Shown here piece by piece: positions 57,498-64,000 of a stretch of DNA of 64,000 bases. The DNA comes from Candidatus Aenigmatarchaeota archaeon. Its GTDB lineage: Archaea; Aenigmatarchaeota; Aenigmatarchaeia; GW2011-AR5. Position 1 is the first letter of the stretch; every line of letters begins with the position of its first letter. The notes beneath the pieces were generated by a model, which saw nothing but the letters and a program-made list of their open reading frames with translations, searched no databases and had not been told where the DNA came from. A program made the position numbers and the translations under genes. The stretch is from NCBI GenBank assembly GCA_016198685.1, contig JACQID010000004.1, positions 64,001 through 128,000 on the forward strand, in the 5' to 3' direction.

Positions 57498-58400
57498 ATG
57501 GCGCATCATGTAAAGGGCAGTCTCATGTTTGATGACGGAATCAAGGTCCCTACAGGAATGAAGTATGGAAGCGATTTTTCTCTTAAATTATCGTATGTGC
57601 CTGTGAGCAAGGAAGGCACGCCTGTTGTGTATAAAGGGCGGTTTGATGTGGACTGTTTCGATCTAACTCATTCCGTCAAGGACATGGTATCATCTCATAA
57701 TGTTCCTGTCATGACAAAGGGTCTTGTACATGAAGGACATAGTGAAGGTGAAATATCCGAGGCAAATCCTCTTCTTATTACATTGAGAATAAAAGAAGAC
57801 AGGCTAAGCAGGCCTCCTTCCCAAAGGCAACCTATGCTAGGTTTTGCGTATGTATCTACCAGCGAAACCGACGAGTTCCTGAAAGAATTAGGGAATTCCT
57901 TCAATCCAGAATATCTAGGGGCGGCTTTAGAAAAGATACGACAGAACATAAAATACGGCACGGAAGCGGAGAATCTTCTTGATGATATTGTACTAAATAG
58001 AACAGGCATCTGCAAGGATTTTGCGTGTCTTCTGGATTATGCGGTGAAAAAGGTCGGAGGTATTTCTGATATCGCCAAGGGCAGAGCAATGAATCTGCGT
58101 GTCAGAGACATACCGGTCTTTCGTACGATAGATGAGGGGGCATACGGTTTCCATGGCTGGAATGAAATTTACCATAATGGTAAGTGGAATCTTGTGGATC
58201 CTACAATCTACACAAATTCTCCAGATGAAGTCAAAGAACGAGCGATAAATGAAGTACGCGACATTTATTTTCTGGAGCCGCCCGTACCCTCGATTTATCT
58301 TATAGACGGGCTTAAAGTGTCGGTGAATAAGGGCATGATTATATTGAACGAGCCACTAGTGACAGCAAACCTGGTTTCATGCGAAATAGCCGATAAATAG
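57498..58400 (+). CDS. Transglutaminase-like cysteine protease domain protein
   Basis: GICKDFA (Cys), HGWNE (His), VDPT (Asp) catalytic triad. Confidence 0.8.
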   Translation: MAHHVKGSLMFDDGIKVPTGMKYGSDFSLKLSYVPVSKEGTPVVYKGRFDVDCFDLTHSVKDMVSSHNVPVMTKGLVHEGHSEGEISEANPLLITLRIKEDRLSRPPSQRQPMLGFAYVSTSETDEFLKELGNSFNPEYLGAALEKIRQNIKYGTEAENLLDDIVLNRTGICKDFACLLDYAVKKVGGISDIAKGRAMNLRVRDIPVFRTIDEGAYGFHGWNEIYHNGKWNLVDPTIYTNSPDEVKERAINEVRDIYFLEPPVPSIYLIDGLKVSVNKGMIILNEPLVTANLVSCEIADK

Positions 58401-58420
58401 CCAAAAAAACAAATAAAATC

Positions 58421-58621
58421 ATGCGTAAACTGAGTCGCAATCACAAGCTCCTTTTTGCCCTTGTCATAAGTTTCGGCATCATATTATTCTGGCGTGGAGT
58501 TTGGGGGCTTCTTGATATTTACCTGTTTCCTGCAAACCTGGAAACGAGCTTCTGGATTTCCGCTATTGCAGGAGTCGGCATACTTATTGTCACGGGTTAC
58601 ATGTCCAAAAGCCTCAGGTGA
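58421..58621 (+). CDS. Small two-TM membrane protein
   Basis: GIILFWRGVWGLLDIYLFP; 66 aa. Confidence 0.7.
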   Translation: MRKLSRNHKLLFALVISFGIILFWRGVWGLLDIYLFPANLETSFWISAIAGVGILIVTGYMSKSLR

Positions 58622-58732
58622 ATCCGGAAAAACTTTAAAGTTTCTGTGCCGCAATGATTTATCATGATAGAGCGGCTCTTTCTGCGAATGAAAAGTAAGG
58701 AAGAGTAAGCAGGCTGATAGAATCGCCAAGAA

Positions 58733-58828
58733 TTTAAACATCGAATTCCGCCGTATTAATACGGTGGATGAAACAACGGGAATTCGATGTGAAAATCCAC
58801 CGCTTGAAAGCGGTGGATTTTTAAACAT
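58733..58828. repeat. Palindromic element with nested 12-bp inverted repeats, bounded by TTTAAACAT direct repeats
   Basis: ACATCGAATTCC/GGAATTCGATGT, CCGTATTAATACGG, AAAATCCACCGC/GCGGTGGATTTT. Confidence 0.8.
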
Positions 58829-58842
58829 TGCATGTAAGAAAA

Positions 58843-59142
58843 ATGATGCAATTCTGTGAGTGTGGCGGCATGGTAGTTTCTTCAGGCGAGATTTCAAAGT
58901 GCCGCAACTGCGGCAAGGCTCAGGCCATGAAAGCGCAGAAGATAACGACGCACTCCGAAAAAAAGAATACCATAGTCATAGAAAACAACAAGCCGGATCT
59001 GCCTGAGACCGATGTCCAGTGCCCGAAATGCAGCCATAGCCGGGCTTATTGGTGGCTTATCCAGACGCGTTCTTCAGATGAGCCTCCGACCCAATTCTAT
59101 CGCTGCACAGAATGCAAGCATACGTGGAGAGAATACAAGTAA
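58843..59142 (+). CDS. tfs: Transcription factor S (TFS/RpoM-like), paralog 2
   Basis: CPKCSHSRAYWWLIQTRSSDEPPTQFYRCTECKHTWREY. Confidence 0.93.
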   Translation: MMQFCECGGMVVSSGEISKCRNCGKAQAMKAQKITTHSEKKNTIVIENNKPDLPETDVQCPKCSHSRAYWWLIQTRSSDEPPTQFYRCTECKHTWREYK

Positions 59143-59175
59143 AACGATAAATATTAACGATAAAATAATAGTTAT

Positions 59176-59397
59176 ATGGATTTTCGGAAAGTGCTTGAAG
59201 CATTCATGTCCCCCAGTCCGGCTCCTAATTTTGGGGATGATTATACAGGACCAGTTACGTTTGCAAACGCTTACTCCAGTCCCGGGATATTTTCGGATGA
59301 CGGGAGACGTGAATTCGACCGTGCAGCTATCGGCTTATTGAGCGACCCCGATATAGGAATAGACGTTAAATACGGAAAATTTCTGCATACAAAATGA
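59176..59397 (+). CDS. Hypothetical protein
   Basis: 73-aa ORF after an AT-rich promoter-like gap. Confidence 0.4.
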   Translation: MDFRKVLEAFMSPSPAPNFGDDYTGPVTFANAYSSPGIFSDDGRREFDRAAIGLLSDPDIGIDVKYGKFLHTK

Positions 59398-59500
59398 TGG
59401 ACAATGGAAATCTATTGCCAGTGGTTGAGCAATTGAAATTGGGGGATCCATGTAAGTTATACCGTATACGTTTTGGTGAAAGCCGGCGAGGGAATATGAA

Positions 59501-59908
59501 ATGAAAGGATATGTAGACGGGTTTGTTATTCCTATAAAGAAAAAGAACGTGAAAGCTTACCTTAAGATGGCCAGGCTTGGATGCAGGATATGGATGAAGT
59601 ATGGGGCTCTTGACTACTGGGAATGTGTCGGGGATGAACTCACGGTGAAGATGGGTCCGCCAGAATCAAGCCCAAGACCAATGTCGCCGTTCATAAAAAA
59701 ATTCAGCCTCAAGCCGGACGAGACAGTGATATTTTCCTGGATATTATTCAAGTCAAAAGCGCACCGCAACAGCGTCAATGCGAAAGTGATGAAAGACCCG
59801 GCTATGCAAATGGAGAACTTTGACCCGAAGGAAATGCCTTTTGACGATAAGCGGATGCTCTACGGTGGGTTTTCGCCGATTGTTTCTGCAAAACGCAGGC
59901 GCGCATGA
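59501..59908 (+). CDS. DUF1428 family protein
   Basis: YVDGFVIPI, GALDYWECVGD, ETVIFSWI, MPFDDKRMLYGGF. Confidence 0.9.
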   Translation: MKGYVDGFVIPIKKKNVKAYLKMARLGCRIWMKYGALDYWECVGDELTVKMGPPESSPRPMSPFIKKFSLKPDETVIFSWILFKSKAHRNSVNAKVMKDPAMQMENFDPKEMPFDDKRMLYGGFSPIVSAKRRRA

Positions 59909-59956
59909 TAAAATTATTTTTCTTAGTTCTTTTGCAAAACTAAGTAAATTAGTCTA

Positions 59957-61200
59957 TTATCTATTATACACAGACGGACTGACAAATGAATAAGTGCCTG
60001 AGCATGTTCCTGATTGGTGCTCTATATTAAGTGTATACGGATCAACTAATTGGATAAGAATTTTTCCTGTAGGCCCTTTTTCATAATTCCAATACAGACC
60101 ATTGCGGTCATTCTCATAGCAAAATATGTTGCCATGAGTTATATGCTGGAATCCAACATTCCTTGTCCCAGTGCTTTCAGGAACGAACATCCACTTCAAT
60201 GGTTCTGAGATCACGCCCCCTACAGAAATTACAGCAGCTTCTGGGAACCGGTTATCATATCCTAAATAAAGGTGATTTACCCAGTCTCCGTGCATCCTGT
60301 TTCCAGAGTCCCCGTGGAACCATTCGCCCTGGGGTGTCCCGAAAATATCATGCATTACGGTGCCACAATTTTTATCTTGCCTCTCAATCAAAGCGGTAAG
60401 CTGCTCTTTGACCGGGCTCGAGTAATAATCAAAAGGGCATGTTGAATGCAAAGATTTTATTCCATATCTTTGCGGATTTATGAAGTTATTATTATGCCTT
60501 AAGTCCCATGTCCCGAAATTAAAATTGCCCTGCATTCTCCCGACCGTTCCAAGAACTGTTCCTGCCTTCACAGGCTTGAGAAGCAGTATAGGGCATTGAT
60601 TGTCGCCCGGCGTTCCTCCGTATTTGCACTCATAATTCCGGATAAGATCTCGCATCTCCGGCGAAAATGACTTCACATGATCGACTATGCCGAACACATC
60701 CTTGCAGAGCGCATAATGAATCACGTGATCCTCCGGATCTGATGTCACGCCGTATCTTGGCTGGATGAGGGTTATCCATATGTCCCCGGGCGCATAAAGG
60801 GAAACAGTCTTCTCAGTTCCCTGCGTGTCAACGGCGATATAGGTATCAGTGCTGCTGCTGGCAGCTGCATGTTCCGGAGGGCTTGTCGATCCTATGGGCT
60901 CTATTGTCGTTATTTCTTCAATATCAACAGGGGACCGCGTGAAGAAGACATCGTCGCAGTCTGGCAGAAGCGCCTTCTCAGATGAGGTTAGTATTTCATA
61001 AGAAGGCCTGAAGTCGGTTTCCTGCGGAGCGAAGATTCCCATGCCGACATCAAAAGGCTCAGATTTTTTGGATCCCTCGTTCCAAAGTCACTGGTCTGGT
61101 TTCGGCTGCCTTCGTATGCGGCATTCTTATACTGCAAGCTAATGGCAAATATGATGGCAAATACCATGATTATTGCAATGATTGGAATGGCGTTCTTCAC
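59957..61200 (-). pseudogene. Membrane-anchored secreted protein with weak M23/LytM-like similarity, split by a one-base frameshift
   Basis: ORF 60988..61200 carries the signal anchor; ORF 59957..61042 (-1 frame) carries the body. One extra A in the A6 run (T6 at 61064-61069 on +) fuses them. DHV...VKAGTVLGTVG resembles M23. Confidence 0.55.
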
Positions 61201-61264
61201 ATTAATTCATGTTCTGGGCGCATATTAATTTCTGAATTTGCCAAGAAATGCATTCTTCATGCAA

Positions 61265-62461
61265 TCAATAGCGTCTTCCGAAACTGCGTCTTCTTCCGCC
61301 AAACCCGCTGCCGCCTCTTCTTTGGCCGCTGCGGTCGTGCATGCGGATGTTGACTTTTATTTTCGGGAAATCCGATTCTTCTGCTTTTTCTATGTCCTTG
61401 ACCTGTCTTATGATACGCCTGAAAGGCTCGTGATCCTTGACAGAAAGCAATGTTATAGCCTTGCCTTCGGCCTCCATTCTTGCGGTTCTGCCTATCCTGT
61501 GCGTGTAGGAGTCAGGGTCATTGGGAACATCGAAGTTGAATATATGAGTCACGTCCTTGATGTCAAGCCCTCTTGATGCGACATCAGTAGCTACAAGCAC
61601 GTGCGGCCTGCCCTGATGGAAGCTTTCCATGACTTTCATTCTTCTTGCTTGTGGCATGTCGCCATGTATTGCTTCAGCATCAACGTTGTTTTCCTTTAGA
61701 ACACCAGCGAGTATATCCGCCATTCTTTTGGTGCCTGCGAATACTATTGCGCGAGAAGGTTTTTCTTTCTTGACAAGATGTACCAAGAGTGACAATTTCT
61801 CCTCATCCCTTACGTTATAATAATACTGCTTCAGTTTGTGTTTTGGCACGAAAATTTGGGCCTTGATTTTTATAGGATCCTTCATGAAGTTCCTTATTAT
61901 GAACATTATTTCATCGGGTATCGTTGCTGAAAACAGCATGGTCTGCCTTTGCTTCGGCAAGCCAGACATTATCCTCCGTATGTCATCTATGAAACCCATA
62001 TCAAGCATCCTGTCAGCTTCATCAAGAACGAAGTACTTGACGCCATGAAGGTCTATTGTTCTTCTTTCCATGTGGTCGAGTATCCTTCCTGGCGTGCCCA
62101 CGACGACTTCTGCCCGGCGCAGATGGCTTATCTGCGGCTCTATAGATACGCCGCCGAATACGCGGCAAACCTTTATACCGCCGAAAGAAACCGAATGCAT
62201 GAAATCGGCTACTTGGTTGGCCAATTCTCTTGTCGGAACAAGAATAAGTGCCTGTACGCCTCCATCGCGTTGCACCCCATGAAGTATAGGAACAGAAAAG
62301 GCGAGAGTCTTGCCCGAGCCGGTCATGCTCTGGCCTATAACGTCCTTGCCAATCATTCCCGGAGGTATAGACTTCTCCTGTATCTCGGTAGGCTCGGTTA
62401 TGCCAAGCTTGTGTATAAGCTCCAGCATTCTTGGGTCTATGTTCATTTCTTCAAACTTCAT
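61265..62461 (-). CDS. DEAD-box RNA helicase
   Basis: TGSGKT, PTRELA, GTPGR, LDEADRMLDMGF, FSAT, ATDVASRGLD, HRIGRTAR; RGG-rich tail. Confidence 0.97.
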   Translation of the reverse strand: MKFEEMNIDPRMLELIHKLGITEPTEIQEKSIPPGMIGKDVIGQSMTGSGKTLAFSVPILHGVQRDGGVQALILVPTRELANQVADFMHSVSFGGIKVCRVFGGVSIEPQISHLRRAEVVVGTPGRILDHMERRTIDLHGVKYFVLDEADRMLDMGFIDDIRRIMSGLPKQRQTMLFSATIPDEIMFIIRNFMKDPIKIKAQIFVPKHKLKQYYYNVRDEEKLSLLVHLVKKEKPSRAIVFAGTKRMADILAGVLKENNVDAEAIHGDMPQARRMKVMESFHQGRPHVLVATDVASRGLDIKDVTHIFNFDVPNDPDSYTHRIGRTARMEAEGKAITLLSVKDHEPFRRIIRQVKDIEKAEESDFPKIKVNIRMHDRSGQRRGGSGFGGRRRSFGRRY

Positions 62462-62638
62462 ACCAAGATAGGTTAGAACGGAATGGTTAAATACCTTTTA
62501 CGGATCGAAAGCGCTTAGTTTTAGGCTTCGAAATGATGAAAAATGCATGCAAAAGCTAAAGATTTCCTTTGTGCAACGGTCTGATTATCAAAATACACGC
62601 CTCTTACAAATAAGAATCATCTGCAAACTTTAAATCAT

Positions 62639-63193
62639 ATGATAAGAATATTAATGCCAATGACAACCCATCAGGAAAAAGAGGAAAGAAGGCAGAAAAG
62701 AGAGGAAACTGTCGAAGAGGAGCGCAAGAAGCGCGATGCCAAGAAAAAAGTCAAGCAAATGATAGTCATTTCTACAGGTCTTGCAATAGTAGCAGTCGTT
62801 GCTTTTTTTCTTTCCAACATCTCGCCTGCCATGCCTGACAGGCCTCTGATCGGTGACCATTGGCATGCAGATTATTCTATAGAAATATGTGGCGAGATGC
62901 AGCCTATTATTCCCGAGTTTCCTGGAGGAGTCCACACACACGGCGACGGGAAGATACACATCCATCCATACGTCCAGGAAGAAACAGGAAAGCAGGCTAA
63001 CTTAGCATTGTTCTTCGACAATGCAGGCTTGAAGGTTAGCAATTCTTCTATCCAGATGCCTGAAGGCGCGGAGATAACGCAATGCAACGGCAGCCGGGCT
63101 GAAACATCCGTGACTCTGAATGGAAACGCGCTTGCCGATTATTTGTCTTATGTAATGCAGGATGGAGATGTAATCGGCATTAAGTTTTCATGA
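62639..63193 (+). CDS. Membrane-anchored His-motif protein
   Basis: Basic N-terminus, one TM, HWHADY and VHTHGDGKIHIHP, C-terminal QDGDVIGI. Confidence 0.7.
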   Translation: MIRILMPMTTHQEKEERRQKREETVEEERKKRDAKKKVKQMIVISTGLAIVAVVAFFLSNISPAMPDRPLIGDHWHADYSIEICGEMQPIIPEFPGGVHTHGDGKIHIHPYVQEETGKQANLALFFDNAGLKVSNSSIQMPEGAEITQCNGSRAETSVTLNGNALADYLSYVMQDGDVIGIKFS

Positions 63194-63241
63194 CCCCAAA
63201 AAAGCCGGGAATCGCCTGTTTTATATTTTGCCTGCCATTCT

Positions 63242-64000
63242 ATGAAAATGAAGAGGATGCTCCTTGCAGAGGAAACGCTGTTCAAGGATGAAGAAATCTT
63301 TTCCTTTGACCACGTTCCGGAAGTTTTCTCTTTTCGCGATAACCAGCTCAATGCCATGGCAGCTTCGCTGAAGCCTGCAAAGCGCAACAGGAAAGCCTCT
63401 AATCTTCTTCTCATAGGAGGTCCGGCAACAGGCAAGACTACTGCAGTAAAGATAGTTTTTGAGCAACTATCCGGGCCTCTGTGTGTCAGGGTAAACAGCG
63501 AAATAGCCGCTTCGCCGTATAGGGTTTTTTCGGAAATCCATAAAAAGGTATTCGGATTTCTGCCGCCGGATACGGGCATATCGCTTCCCGCTATCTACGA
63601 CAAGATATTCGGCCGGCTTCTCAGGGAAAAGAAGTATATTGTAGTCGCGCTTGACGATATACAGTATCTGCTTTCAGAGATGAACAAGGTGCTTTATGAC
63701 CTGCTGAGAGCAGGCGAAAGCTATCCGGGCGCAGGCGTATCGGTCATGGCAATCACGGACAAGAATATAATGCAAAAGCTCGACGACAAGGTGCGCTCAG
63801 TGTTCCATCCGCAGGAAATAAGGTTTCCGGAATACACGGCAGAGGAAACGTTCCAGATACTAAAGCAACGCCGTGATATAGGCCTGTACGCAGGCGTCCT
63901 TGAAGACGCGCTGCTAAAACAAGTGGCAGAGGCTAGTTATGCAAAGCATGATCTGCGTTTTGGCATAGAAGCCATCCGCAAAGCTGCTGTGAGTGCAGAA
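63242..64000 (+). CDS. cdc6: Orc1/Cdc6 replication initiator (runs off window edge)
   Basis: Hand translation: IFSFDHVPEVFSFRDNQL, GGPATGKT Walker A, VALDDIQYL Walker B, LDDKVRSVF...FPEYT, DLRFGIE. Confidence 0.92.
   Translation, partial: MKMKRMLLAEETLFKDEEIFSFDHVPEVFSFRDNQLNAMAASLKPAKRNRKASNLLLIGGPATGKTTAVKIVFEQLSGPLCVRVNSEIAASPYRVFSEIHKKVFGFLPPDTGISLPAIYDKIFGRLLREKKYIVVALDDIQYLLSEMNKVLYDLLRAGESYPGAGVSVMAITDKNIMQKLDDKVRSVFHPQEIRFPEYTAEETFQILKQRRDIGLYAGVLEDALLKQVAEASYAKHDLRFGIEAIRKAAVSAE

Noticed and set aside
63194-63241. Replication origin next to cdc6
   Set aside because: The gap is only 48 bp, with no ORB-like repeats or AT-rich unwinding element.

Overview
Archaeal chromosomal window, densely coding and mostly housekeeping. 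The gene set (archaeal ThrRS, Taw1/Taw2/Trm56, Elp3, Kae1/Sua5, exosome, proteasome alpha, RpoE/Spt4/RpoL/TFS, K+-independent H+-PPase, full A-type ATP synthase operon, Cdc6) plus many orphan ORFs suggests a DPANN lineage, possibly Aenigmatarchaeota; this is inference and no marker search was run. There is one tRNA (Gln-TTG), no rRNA, no cas genes, and no recognisable transposase or integrase. The most notable unexplained signal is three independent repeat-insert-repeat structures (29/43/36-bp perfect direct repeats around 37/35/35-bp unique inserts), each placed where it disrupts no gene. This geometry is what off-target Cas1-Cas2-like spacer integration would leave, but assembly artefact is not excluded. 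Other signals: several enzymes with altered catalytic motifs (two tandem PfkB with GAGD Asp->Asn, two PyrR/PRTase-like ORFs, a pseudo-receiver, a DRG-like GTPase lacking G3/G4, a divergent PurB), a PurD with an in-frame amber codon, a multi-hairpin element between atpI and atpK, a switch-like palindromic element upstream of a second TFS, and a gene split at an A6 slippery/homopolymer site.
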